Numbered from the stretch's first letter, positions 1-13,037 are shown. The stretch: 64,000 bases of DNA from Mobula hypostoma (GCF_963921235.1 NC_086097.1:99512001-99576000); one strand, 5' to 3'. Notes: a model not told the origin generated them from the letters alone. Numbers and translations: made by a program.

Positions 1-606
1 TACACAGCACACAGTACACAGTACACAGTACACAGCACACAGTACACAGCACACAGTACACAGTACACAGCACACAGCACACAGTACACCGCACACAGCA
101 CACAGTACACAGTACACAGCACAAAGTACACAGCACACAGTTCACAGTACACAGTACACCGCGCACAGCACACAGTACACAGTACACAGTACACAGCACA
201 CAGTACACCGCACACAGCACACAGTACACAGTACACAGCACACAGTACACAGCACACAGTACACAGTACACAGCACACAGTACACAGCACACAGCACACA
301 GCACACAGTACACAGCACACAGTACACAGTACACAGCACACAGCACAAAGTACACACCACACAGTACACAGTACACAGCACACTGTACACATCACACAAC
401 ACACAGTACACAGCACACAGTACACAGTACACAGCACACAGCACACAGTACACAGTACACAGTACACGGCACACAGCACAACGCACACATTACACAGTAC
501 ACAGTACACAGCACACTGTACACATCACACAACACACAGTACACAGCACACAGTACACAGTACACAACACACAGCACACCGTACACAGCACACAGTACAC
601 AGCACA
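1..606. repeat. 7-bp satellite (CACAGTA/CACAGCA)n, left part
   Basis: Tandem CACAGTA/CACAGCA heptamers with variants (CACCGCA, CACATTA) running to the window edge. Confidence 0.97.
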
Positions 607-2788
607 AGACCTACAAGATCAACAAGGACTACAAGATCTTCGCCCGGGCAATGGCCAACCGTCTGGGTTCGGTAATTGGACAGGTGGTCCATCCTGACCA
701 ATCTTACACAGTCCCGGGCCGCTCCATCCAGGACAATGTCCACCTAGTACGGGACCTGATCCACTTACTCCAGGAGACTGGGACCCCGGCAGCGTTTCTT
801 TCTCTTGACCAGGAGAAGGCGTTTGACCGGGTGGACCACAGTTTCCTGCTGGGCACCCTGCAGGCTTTTGGGCTCGGACCACACTTTGTGGCCCGAGTTC
901 GGCTCCTCTGTACTCTGCTGCAGAGTGCCTAGTTAAGATTAACGGATCATTGACAGGACCTATCCACTTCCGAAGAGGAGTGCGTCAAGGGTGCCCCATG
1001 TCCAGTCAACTGTATGCGATCTGTGTCGAGCCATTCCTCAGCCTTCTTCGGTGAAGGCTGACAGGTCTGGTTCTGCGCGAACCGGACATGGGGGTCGTCC
1101 TCTCGGCCTACGCCGATGATGTACTCCTCATGATGACAGACCCCTGTGACCTGTGGAGGATGCGCGAGTGCCAAGATGTTTTCTCGGCGGCATCCTCCGC
1201 CAGGATCAACTGGGCGAAATGTTCCGGACTCTTAGTAGGCCAGTGGCAGGTAGACTCCCTGCCGGAGGAGATGAGAGCTTTTGAGTGGAGCACCAGACGT
1301 CTTCTCTATCTGGGAGTCTGCCTGAATCCTTCTGGGGAGACCTGGCTGGCGAACTGGCAGAACCTGGAGACAAAGGTCATGGCCCGGCTAGGGCGCTGGT
1401 CAGGCCTTCTCAGGGTGCTTTCCTATCGAGGCAGGGTGGTGGTCATAAACCAGCTGGTGGCCTCCATGTTGTGGTACCGGATGGTCACCTTGGCACCCCC
1501 CCCCCCGCCCCTTTTGTTGCGAGAATGCAGAGGAAGCTAGTGGACTTCTTCTGGGGAAACAGGAAACACTGGGTCTCTGCAGCGGTTCTGAGTCTCCCAG
1601 TAGGAGAGGGCGGACAGTCGCTGGTGTGTGTACGCACACGACTGGCGGCTCTCCGCCTCAGGACTCTGCAGAGATTCCTGTATGCCGAGCACCCTCCCAG
1701 GTGGCACGTGTTGGCGACTTTCTTCCTCCGGAGGGGCTGCTGTCTTGCCGAAGATATTCAGCTACCGCCGGCGGGTGTCAGCCGTGCTGCTTTGCAGAGG
1801 CTGCCAGGCTTCTATCAGGACCTACTGAGAGTCTGGAACATGGTTGCCTCAGGCCGGGAATCCCCTCCTCTGGCAGAGGGCGGGGTCCTGGCCGACCCTT
1901 GCCCTGCCTCAGCGGATGTCGGTGCGGCTCAGGTGTGTGGATCGACTCAAGCTGAACTGCTCGTCGGGCCCAGGCCCCGCAGCCTTACCCGAGAGACGAA
2001 TCCACACAACTTGAGCCGTCTCTCATTCAGGGATGCAGGCAGGAGGTACCTTTATGGGCTATTGCTCCACACCCTCCACTTCCTAGCCCTTGTCCACCGT
2101 CCCGACACGCCATGGCGGTCGGTCTTCCCACCTGGAGGTGAGGGGGGTCCCCAATGGAAGTCCCTTTACAAGGGAGTCCTTCCCATGCACCTCGGGGATC
2201 TCGGCTGGAGGGTGCTGCATAAAGTGGTGCCCTGCAATAAGTTCTTTAGTCTGTACACGGATCTCCCAGCCGCGTGTCACTTCTGCGGGTTGGAGGAGAC
2301 TGTGTACCATATGTACGTGGAGTGTGTGAGGTTGCAGCCTCTTTTCGCGTATTTGCGTGGGCTGCTTCTCGCCTTCTGGTTGCATTTCAGTCCCACCCTA
2401 TTCATATATGGTCATCCAGTAAGGAGGGGGGCACAGAGGGATGAGGATGTCCTTGTCAACTTGCTCCTGGGGCTGGCGAAAATTGCCATCCGTGGCTCCT
2501 GGAAAAGGGTGGCAGGAGGTTCTCCCCGGGCGGACTGCCTGGCTATGTTTAGGGGGTATGTTCGTGCCCGGGTGAACATTGAAAAGGAATACGCACAGTC
2601 CACGGCGACCGTAGAGGTGTTCCGGGACCGTTGGGCTCCGCGGGGTGTAAATGCCATCATTGATGAGGATGGCAATATATTGGTTTAAGATGTATTGTCT
2701 GTTTGTAGTGTAGTAAATATGTTAGTCACTGGGTTTGTAAATATTGTATAGCACCGACATTTGTAATAAAGAATTTTGTAAAAAAAAA
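607..2788 (+). mobile_element. 5'-truncated Tx1-clade (L1 group) non-LTR retrotransposon, ORF2 RT to 3' UTR and poly(A)
   Basis: DYKIFARAMANRL, LDQEKAFDRVDH, GVRQGCP, AYADD and a C-terminal CCHC (CHFCGLEETVYHMYVEC) across ORFs 651-932, 1088-1540 and 1285-2688. Frameshifts near 910 and at the C-run near 1500. AATAAA at 2765-2770 and A9 tail at 2780-2788. Confidence 0.9.
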
Positions 2789-5700
2789 GTACACAGTACA
2801 AAGCACTCAGCACACAGTACACAGCACACCGCACACAGTACACCGCACACAGCACACAGTACACAGTATACAGTACACAGCACACAGTACGCAGTACACC
2901 GCACACAGCACACAGTACACAGTACACAGCACACAGCACACAGCACACAGCACACAGTACACAGCACACAGTACACAGCACACAGCACACAGTACACAGC
3001 ACACAGTACACAGTACACAGTACACCGCACACAGCACACAGTACACAGTACACAGTACACAGCACACAGTACACCGCACACAGCACACAGTACACAGTAC
3101 ACAGCACACAGTACACAGCACACAGTACACAGCACACAGCACACAGTACGCAGTACACAGCACACAGCACAAAGTACACACCACACAGTACACAGTACAC
3201 AGCACACAGTACGCAGTACACTGTACACAGCACACAGTACGCAGTACACTGTACACAGCACACTGTACACATCACACAGCACACAGTACACAGCACACAG
3301 TACACAGCACACAGCACACAGTACACAGTACACAGTACACGGCACACAGCACAACGCACACATTACACAGTACACAGTACACAGCACACAATACACAGCA
3401 CACAGTACACACCACACCACACAGCACACAGTACACAGTACACAGTACACAGCACGCAGCACACTACACAGCACACAGCACACCGCACACCGCACACAGT
3501 ACACAGCGCAATGCACACAGTACCCAGTACACAGCACACAGTACACAGTACACACCACACAGCACACAGTACACAGTGCACATTACACAGTACACAGCAC
3601 ACAGTACACAGTACACAGTACACAGCGCGCAGCACACCACACAGCACACAGCACACCGCACACCGCACACAGTACACAGTACACAGCGCAACGCACACAG
3701 TACACAGTACACACCACACAGCGCAACACACACAGCACACAGTACACAGTACACAGCACACAGCACACAGTACACAGTACACACCACACAGCGCAACACA
3801 CACAGCACACAGTACACAGCACACAGTACACACCACACCACACAGCACACAGTGCAACACACACAGCACACAGTACACAGTGCACATTACACAGTACACA
3901 GCACACAGTACACAGTACACAGCACACAGCACACAGTACACAGTACACAGCACACAGCACACAGTACAAAGCACTCAGCACACAGTACACAGCACACGGT
4001 ACACAGCACACCGCGCACAGTACACCGCACACAGCACACAGTACACAGTATACAGTACACAGCACACAGTACACAGCACACAGTACGCAGTACACCGCAC
4101 ACAGCACACAGTACACAGCACACAGCACACAGCACACAGTACACAGCACACAGTACACAGCACACAGCACACAGTACACAGCACACAGTACACAGCACAC
4201 AGTACACAGTACACAGCACACAGCACACAGTACACAGTACACAGCACACATTACACAGCACACCGCACACCACAGCACACAGTACACAGCACACCACACA
4301 CCACACAGCACACAGCACACCACACATAGTACACAGTACACAGCACACCACACACAGTACACAGTACACACCACACCACACAGCACACAGCGCAACACAC
4401 ACAGCACACAGTACACAGTGCACATTACACAGTACACAGCACACAGTACACAGTACACAGCACACAGTACACAGTACAAAGCACTCAGCACACAGTACAC
4501 AGCACACGGTACACAGCACACCGCACACAGTACACCGCACACAGCACACAGTACACAGTATACAGTAAACAGCACACAGTACACAGCACACAGTGCGCAG
4601 TACACCGCACACAGCACACAGTACACAGTACACAGCACACAGCACACAGCACACAGCACACAGTACACAGCACACAGTACACAGCACACAGCACACAGTA
4701 CACAGCACACAGTACACAGCACACAGCACACAGTACACAGTACACAGCACACATTACACAGCACACCGCACACCACACCACACAGTACACAGCACACAGT
4801 ACACAGCACACCACACACCACACAGCACACAGCACACCACACATAGTACACAGTACACAGCACACAACACACCACACAGCGCAACGCACACAGTACACAG
4901 CACACAGTACACAGCTCACAGCATAATGCACACAGTACACCGTACAGAGTAATACATAGCACCGACATTTGTAATAAAGAATTTTGTTACAAAAAGTACA
5001 CAGCACACAGCACACAGTACACAGCACACAGTACACAGTACACAGTACACAGCACACAGTACACAGCACACAGTACACAGCACACAGCACACAGTACACC
5101 GCACACAGCACACAGTACACAGTACACAGCACACAGTACACAGCACACAGTTCACAGTACACAGTACACCGCGCACAGCACACAGTACACAGTACACAGT
5201 ACACAGCACACAGTACACCGCACACAGCACACAGTACACAGCACACAGTACACAGCACACAGTACACAATACACAGTACACAGCACACAGCACACAGCAC
5301 ACCACACAGCACACAGCACACAGTACACAGCACACAGTACACAGCACACAGCACACAGTACACAGTACACAGTGCACAGCACACAGTTCACAGTACACAG
5401 TACACCGCACACAGCACACAGTTTACAGTACACAGTACACAGCACACAGTACACCGCACACAGCACACAGTACACATCACACAGCACACAGCACACAGTA
5501 CACAATACACAGCACACAGCACACCACACAGCACACAGTACACAGTACACAGCACACAGCGCAACGCACACAGTACACAGTACACAGCACACAGTACACA
5601 GTACACACCACACAGCGCAACGCACACAGCACATAGTACACAGTACACAGCACACAGCGCAACGCACACAGTACACAGTACACAGTACACAGCACACCAC

Positions 5701-7833
5701 ACAGCACACAGTACACAGTACACAGCACACAGCACCCAGTACACAGTACACCGCACACAGTACACAGTACACAGTACACAGCACACAGTACACAGTACAC
5801 AACACACAGCACACAGTACACAGTGCACATTACACAGCGCAATGCACACAGTACACAGTACACACCACACAGCGCACCACACACAGCACACAGTACACAG
5901 TGCACATTACACAGTACACAGCACACAGTACACAGTACACAGTACACAGCGCAACGCACACAGTACACAGTACACACCACACAGCGCAACACACACAGCA
6001 CACAGTACACAGCACACAGCACACAGCACACAGTACACAGTACACACCAAACAGCGCAACACACACAGCACACAGTACACACCACACCACACAGCACACA
6101 GCGCAACACACACAGCACACAGTACACAGTGCACATTACACAGTACACAGCACACAGTACACAGTACACAGCACACAGTACACAGCACACAGTACACAGT
6201 ACAAAGCACTCAGCACACAGTACACAGCACACCGCACACAGCACATAGTACACTGCACACAGCACACAGTACACAGTATACAGTACACAGCACACAGTAC
6301 ACAGTACACCACACACAGCACACAGTACACAGTACACAGTACACAGCACACAGCACACATCACACAGCACACAGCACACAGTACACAGCACACAGCACAC
6401 CGCACACAGCACACAGCACACAACACACCACACAGCGCAACGCACACAGTACACAGCACACAGTACACAGCTCACAGCATAATGCACATAGTACACCGTG
6501 CAGAGTACACAGTACACAGTGCACAGCACACAGCACACATCACCCACTACACAGTACACAGCACACAGCACACAGTACACAGTACACAGCACAACACACA
6601 CAATACACAGTAAACAGTACACAGCACACAGTACACCGCACACAGTACACAGCACACAGTACACAGTACACCGCACACAGCACGCAGTACACAGTACACA
6701 GTACACAGCACACAGTACACAGTACCCAGCACAGAGTACACAGTACACAGCACACAGCCCACAGCACACTGCACACAGCTCACAGGACACAGCACACAGT
6801 ACACAGTACACAGCACACACCACACAGCACACAGTACACAGCACACAGCCCACAGCACACAGTACACTGTACACAGCACACAGCACACAGCACACAGTAC
6901 ACAGCACACAGTACACAGCACACAGTACACAGTACACAGCACACACCACACAGCACACAGTACACAGCACACAGTACACATTACACAGCACACCGCACAC
7001 CACACCACACAGTACACAGTACACAGTACACAGCACACCGCACACCACACAGCACACAGCACACCACACACAGTACACAGTACACAGCACACAGTACACA
7101 GCACACAGCACACAGCACACAGTACACTGCACACCGCACACCACACACCGTACACAGCACACAGCACACAGAGCAACGCACACAGTACACAGTACACAGT
7201 ACACAGTACACCGTAAACAGTACACAGTACACAGCACACAGCGCACCGTACAGAGTACAGAGTACACAGTACACAGTACACAGCACACAGCACACAGCTC
7301 ACAGCACACAGCACACAACACACAGCACACAGTACACAGTACACAGCACACAGCACACAGTACACAGTACACAACACACAGCACACATTACACAGCACAC
7401 CGCACACCACACCACACAGTACACAGCAGACAGTGCACAGTACACAGCACACCGCACATCACACAGCACACAGCACACCACACATAGTACACAGTACACA
7501 GCACACCACACACAGTACACAGTACACAGCACACAGCACACCGCACACAGCACACAGCACACAACACACCACACAGCGCAACGCACACAGTACACAGCTC
7601 ACAGCATAATGCACACAGTACACCGTACAGAGTACACATTACACAGTACACAGCACACAGCACACCGTACAGAGTACAGCGTACACAGTACACAGCACAC
7701 AGCACACAGCTCACAGCACACAGCACACAGCACACAGCACACAGCACACCACACACAGCACACCGTACAGAGTACACAGCACACCGTACAGAGTACACAC
7801 TACACAGTAAACAGCACACAGTACACAGCACAC
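2789..7833. repeat. 7-bp satellite (CACAGTA/CACAGCA)n, main ~5-kb array with higher-order variants
   Basis: Continuous heptamer array. The variant TACAAAGCACTCAG recurs at 2797, 3965, 4475 and 6200. Confidence 0.97.
4953..4995 (+). mobile_element. Extremely 5'-truncated second copy (3' end only) of the Tx1 element
   Basis: 4956-4987 ATAGCACCGACATTTGTAATAAAGAATTTTGT is identical to 2748-2779 and is followed by TACAAAAA, then GTACACAG satellite. Confidence 0.9.
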
Positions 7834-8519
7834 TTTGTTACAATAGCAGAAATCTATGCAGTCACAAACAAAATAGCCCAAGCCCCTGAGTGTCATGGCC
7901 TGCAGTGTGAGGGTGCATGGGCTGTTATCCTGGGGCAAATACACTTCATCACACTCTAATGCAGCCACAGACAAACACAATCCAACTTGTGTTCAGCTGA
8001 GTGAATACTGGAGGGCAGTCCCCCAACTCAGCACAGACCTAAAGCTCTCTCCCACACCGGCTCCGGCATCTCCTTCCCCAGGCGGCTGCGGCAGGCGACC
8101 CCTGGCCCCACTTGCCATGAATTTCCAGCATTTTCTGTTTTGGTGCATTTTCTGAATGTGCTAACTCCAGCTACAGCAAATACATACGCAGAGGAAACTT
8201 ACAACTGCTCAGTTGTTCACCCATGAAGATTCTGTTAAAAGTACAGTATTGTGCTGTATTACAGGGGCATCAGAGTTCTGCAGAATTATTTAACGTCGGT
8301 GTTGCAGTGAATCAATGTTAAATAGATAGATAGATATACTTTATTGATCCCGAGGGAAATTGGGTAAGTTGAAATATTCAGATATCATGTGTGATACGAG
8401 CATCAGCTGAAGTAGTTGGGACAGTGAGTGCATTGTTTCTGGAAAATGGCATCTTACGAGATGGGTAATGCACTCTTTTACACCTTTACAGAGATGCATG
8501 CATATTTATATCTTTTTTT

Positions 8520-8730
8520 GTATTTTAGAGGCACAGTATGGCCCAATGACCCCACACCACCCAATTACACAATGTGACTAACCCATACATCTTAAAATCT
8601 CGCAAGAAACCAGAGCACACACAGAAAACCTGTGCTCTGACAGGGATAACATACAAACCCCAGTGGAATTAAACCTGAGTTTCTGGCACTAAAATAGCAT
8701 TATAACATCGACGAGGCTACTGTCGTGTCC
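8520..8730 (-). mobile_element. Degenerate tRNA-derived SINE (HE1/V-SINE-like)
   Basis: Similar to copies at 20236-20520, 23300-23590 and 61400-61690 (AAACCAGAGCAC...AAACC...ACATACAAAC motifs). Confidence 0.55.
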
Positions 8731-8774
8731 CCCAAACAGCTACACCTCCGTGTATTCCCCGAAATATACACCAC

Positions 8775-8912
8775 AGTCCTGTCCCCTAACCCGACACGAA
8801 TGTACTGTCCCCTAACCCTACACCACTATATTGTCCCCAACCCTACACCATTGTACTGTCCCCTAACTCTACACCACTGTCCTGTCCCCTAACCCTACGC
8901 CACTGTATTGTC
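8775..8912. repeat. 26-bp minisatellite containing CCCTAACCCTA, left half
   Basis: About 5 units of TCCCCTAACCCTACACCAYTGTACTG. Confidence 0.9.
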
Positions 8913-9827
8913 CATAGAAACCATAGAAAAACTACAGCACAGAAACAGGCCTTTTGGCCCTTCTTGGCTGTGCTGAACCTTTTTCTGCCTCGTCCCACTG
9001 ACCTGCACACGGACCATATCCCTCCATACACCTCCCATCCATGTATCTGTCCAATTTATTCTTAAATGTTAAAAAGAACCCGCATTTACCACCTCGTCTG
9101 GCGGCTCATTCCATACTCCCACCACGCTCTGTGTGACGAAGCCCCCCCAATGTTCCCTTTAAACTTCTCCCCCCTCACCCTTAACCCATGTCCTCTGGTT
9201 TTTTTCTCCCCTTGCCTCAGTGGAAAAAGCCTGCTTGCATTCACTCTATCTATACCCATCATAATTTTATATACCTCTATCAAATCACCCCTCATTCTTC
9301 TACGCTCCAGGGAATAAAGTCCTAACCTATTCAACCTTTCTCTGTAACTCAGTTTCTCAAGTCCCGGCAACATCCTTGTAAACCTTCTCTGCACTCTTTC
9401 AACCTTATTAATATCCTTCCTGTAATTTGGTGACCAAAACTGCACACAATACTCCAGATTCGGCCTCACCAATGCCTTATACAACCTCATCATAACATTC
9501 CAGCTCTTATACTCAATACTTTGATTAATAAAGGCCAATGTACCAAAAGCTCTCTTTACGACCCTATCTACCTGTGATGACACTTTTAGGGAATTTTGTA
9601 TCTGTATTCCCAGATACCTCTGTTCTACTGCACTGCTCAGTGCCTTACCATTTACCCTGTATGTTCTACCTTGGTGTGTCCTTCCAACGTGCAATACCTC
9701 ACACTTGTCTGTATTAAACTCCATCTGCCATTTTTCAGCCCATTTTTCCAGCTGGTCCAAGTCCCTCTGCAGACTCTGAAAACCTTCCTCACTGTCCACT
9801 ACACCTCCAATCTTTGTATCATCAGCA
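8913..9827 (-). mobile_element. 5'-truncated CR1 LINE inserted in the minisatellite
   Basis: Open 237-aa ORF 9086-9799 (LQRDLDQLEKWAEKWQMEFN, LVRPNLEYCVQFWSP, RRMRGDLIEVYK). Truncated at ADDTK, with a (TTTCTATGG)n tail at ~8913-8930. Confidence 0.95.
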
Positions 9828-9979
9828 TCCCCTAACCCTACACCATTGTACTGTCCCCTAACTCTACACCACTGTCCTGTCCCCTAATCCTACACCATTG
9901 TACTGTCCCCTAACCCTACACCATTGTACTGTCCCCTAACTCTACACCACTGTCCTGTCCCCTAATCCTACACCACTGT
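9828..9979. repeat. 26-bp minisatellite containing CCCTAACCCTA, right half
   Basis: About 6 units with period 26; variant order AACCCT/AACTCT/AATCCT occurs twice (78-bp higher order). Confidence 0.92.
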
Positions 9980-10028
9980 TTGCAGCTGTGCCAGCCCATA
10001 ATGTTTTCTTTTTGTTTTGTTACCGTAC

Positions 10029-10082
10029 TTTTTAACTGGGATTCTTCTCTCTTCATTGACAAATATTTTTATCCTTGTGTAC
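10029..10082 (-). CDS. PLCB2: Phospholipase C beta 2-like, coding exon 6 (54 bp)
   Basis: Acceptor CTCTGCAG, donor GTACGG. Entered in phase 2, it reads (M)YTRIKIFVNEERRIPVK, matching PLCB LVKLKMQLNSEGKIPVKN. Confidence 0.9.
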
Positions 10083-10539
10083 CTGCAGAGTAGATTGATA
10101 TAAGCAAATCATCCATTTATCTGGGACTGGATCGCATACAAATCACATCAGGCATTTCATTTGCATCTCACACCCTTTATGAAGGTCACAAACTGCAATG
10201 CATTTCCTACAAAAGCATTGGTGAAAGGGTTTGAAAGAGTAGTTTCAAAAGTTAGGAACTGTGGTGCACCCAAGTTGGTGTGATTGGTTTTATTGAGTAA
10301 AGTCCACCTTGACTGTAATGCGATTACACCCTTTCCCTGGTGCACGAAGGAAATGGACTGGAAGTTGATGACTGGACACAGAACGCAGAGTTGGAGCCTG
10401 GGTTGAGTTGGATGGTTGTGCTAGCTGGCCGCAAATGTTGATTGAGAGTTAGGAGCTTGCAATAGGTACCGTCACTGAACCTCACAAACGCTTATCATTC
10501 CACGTCAGACTCAACATTCTGGGTTGCCACTAACCTGAA

Positions 10540-12210
10540 GCTGAGCGGACCTGCCACGCAGGTGTTGGGGATGTGAGAGCACATCAGAGGCTGGCTCTCC
10601 TGTGGGAGTTTATCAGCTCCTGACATCCCAAGGCTCTTCCATCCTCAAGGCACAAGTTAGGAGTGTGACTGAACACTCTCCATTTCAAAGCTTAACAGTT
10701 AAAATTAAATTTATCACCAAAGTACATATATATATAACCACATTCTCCCATTGGCTGCCAGTAACAGGTGGTCTCCCACCGTGGTCGTTCTTTGCTCCTG
10801 CGCTTTTCACATGGAATGAAAATGATCCAGATATTGGAATTGTTGACTTTGTAGCCAAGTTTGCAGATAATACAGAGATGGAGGGGCAGGAAGTGCTGAG
10901 GAAACAGGGAGTCTGCAGAAGGACTTGGACAGCTTTGGAGAATGGGCAAAGAAAGGGCAGATGGAATACAGTGTAGGGAAGTGTGTGGTTGTGCACTTTG
11001 GCTGAAGGAATAAAGGAGCAAACTGTTTTCTAAATGGGGAGAAAATTCAGCGATCAGAGTTGCAAAGGGACTTGGGAGTCCAACTGCAGGATTCCCTAAA
11101 GGTTAACTTGCCCATTGAGACAGTAGTAAGAGAGGCAGATGCAATTTTAGCATTTATTTTGAGAGGACTAGAATATAAAAGCAAGAATGTAATGATGAGG
11201 CTTTGTAAAGCATTGGTCAGACCACATTGTGAGCAATTTTGGGTCCCTTGCCCAAGAAGGAATGTGCTAGCATTGGACAGGCTCCAAAGTAAGTTTATGA
11301 GAATGATTCTGAAAATAAAAGGGTTAACATATGAGGAGCATTTGATGGATCTGGGCCAGTACTTGCTGGAGTTTAGAAGAATGAAGAGAGATCTCATTGA
11401 AATGTACCGAATATTGGAAGGGCTGGACAAAGTCGATGCGCAGAGGATGCTCCCAGTGGTAGGAGTGCCTATTCTCGGGCGGGACAATCTCAGAATAGAA
11501 GGATGTCCCTTTAGAACAGAGGAATTTGCTTTAGCCAGAGGGTGGTGAATCTGTGAAATTCATTGCCACATACGGCTGTGGAGGTTAAGTCACTGGGTAT
11601 GTTTACAGTGGAGGTTGATAGGTAAGGGTGTCAAAGCTTATGGGATTGAGAGAAAATAAATCAGCCATGATGAAATGACAGAGCAGATTGAATGAGCCAG
11701 ATGGCTTAGTTCTGCTCCTGTGTCTCATGCTCTGATGGCTTGAAATACAACTTTGAGATTCATTTTCTTGTAGGCATTTACAGAAGAGGAAGACAACAGA
11801 ATTTCACAAAAATACACGTAAACAGACAAAGATTGACAAACAACAAATGTGCAAAAGAAGACAAACTGTCCAAATAAAAAATAATAATACTGAGAACAAG
11901 GATTGTAGAGTCCTTGAAAGTGAGTCTGTAGGTCTCAGGGTCCACTTGGAGTTGCAGTTCCAGCAACTCTCAACAAACGACACCATTCAGCACAAAGCAG
12001 GAGTTCAACTGGCACCCCGTCTACCGCTGGTGCACAATGTCTGCGGTGAGAACTGGCTACACTACAGCTACTCACCCAGGCTACACCAACAGACCCTCCC
12101 AAACCTCTGACCACCACCTCCGAGAAGGCAGGGCAATGCCACTACCCGCAGGCTCCCCTCCATGACCCACACCGTACTGACTAGGAACAGAAGGAATCCA
12201 ACCTCTGCAC
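10540..12210 (+). mobile_element. Three-layer LINE nest: old CR1/L2-type LINE remnant, containing a Rex-type 3' fragment, containing a CR1
   Basis: Old LINE halves at ~10540-10683 (KAQVRSV..EHSP) and ~11941-12210. Rex-like tail halves at 10684-10740 and 11740-11935 match 60393-60480. CR1 at ~10745-11738 (FVAKFADNT; ORF 11060-11548). Confidence 0.75.
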
Positions 12211-12231
12211 CAGCTCTGGAGTCACACTCAC

Positions 12232-12311
12232 ATTTTGTTGATTGTGGATAATCTCGAGGCATTGTGGGTCAGAGGATGGATAGCGATTTTCAGGATTTCC
12301 GCTGCCCAGTC
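12232..12311 (-). CDS. PLCB2: Phospholipase C beta 2-like, coding exon 5 (80 bp)
   Basis: Acceptor TCTTGTCCTGTTTAG, donor GTGAGT. Reads DWAAEILKIAIHPLTHNASRLSTINK versus PLCB2 [26 protein letters not shown]. Confidence 0.95.
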
Positions 12312-12499
12312 CTAAACAGGACAAGAAAGATCAGGTGGAGCTCTGGAGAGCCGGTAGCCAGTGCTACACCCCTCTACACACTAACCCCGGTCGTCCATAA
12401 TCAGACACAAGCCAGGAGATGTGAAGTAGCCATTGTGTTTGCTTCCCAGTTGTAGGCACAGTTTATCAAAATACCCTCCCCTTGGGGAGTGGGAACTGA

Positions 12500-12950
12500 A
12501 ATGGCAGCTCATCAATTCGACTCCATCAGCACACCCCTTCATTCACAATCCCCACCCCTCTCAGTCACCCTGCCTCCATCACTCCATCATCCCCACCCCC
12601 TCACTCTCACTACTCCACTGTCACCCCTTGTCCTACCGTCAGAGCCCCACCCCACTCACGGTCACACCCTTATCAACCTACCTCCTCCGTCACCCTCACT
12701 CACTCACAGCCCTCTCCCCCTCACCTGCCTCCATCACCCCTCATCCATCCATCCATCTCTCAGTCAAGCCCTCCCTCAGCCCCAGCCGCACTGTCACAAC
12801 CCCACCCACCAACACCCACACACCTTCCTGTCACTCTATTAACCCCAGCCTCTCCATCACCGTACCCTCACCTCCATTACCCCTCGCCCCCTCCATCGCT
12901 CCCCCGCCCCAACAAAGGCCGTTGCTCTGACCTTGGCTCCCACCGCCTTC
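12500..12950. repeat. C-rich low-complexity tract in intron 4
   Basis: Imperfect TCACCCC/CCATC-rich sequence; its ORFs are Pro/Ser/His-rich artefacts. Confidence 0.7.
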
Positions 12951-13037
12951 CCCAGTAGAGTGAGGGTGCAGGGTCGAGCAGGTGGCGGGCGATCTCTGCC
13001 CAACCAGCACCCACCCAGTGAATCTGCAGACACTTAC

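Noticed and set aside
142..7959. Long His/Thr/Gln-rich and Cys/Val-rich ORFs (up to 991 aa)
   Set aside because: They are translations of a nearly stop-free 7-bp satellite, open in many frames on both strands, with no coding signal.
7834..8770. Search for PLCB2 exon 7 (expected FQMFPADRKRVE-like)
   Set aside because: Candidate splice-like sites near 8200 and 8440 translate to unrelated sequence or hit stops; exon 7 probably lies left of the window.
8775..9979. Interstitial telomere or fusion site
   Set aside because: Only about two telomeric hexamers per 26-bp unit, with no pure (TTAGGG)n tract and no head-to-head junction.
12433..12930. Pro/Ser/His-rich ORFs
   Set aside because: C-rich low-complexity intron sequence with no recognisable domain.
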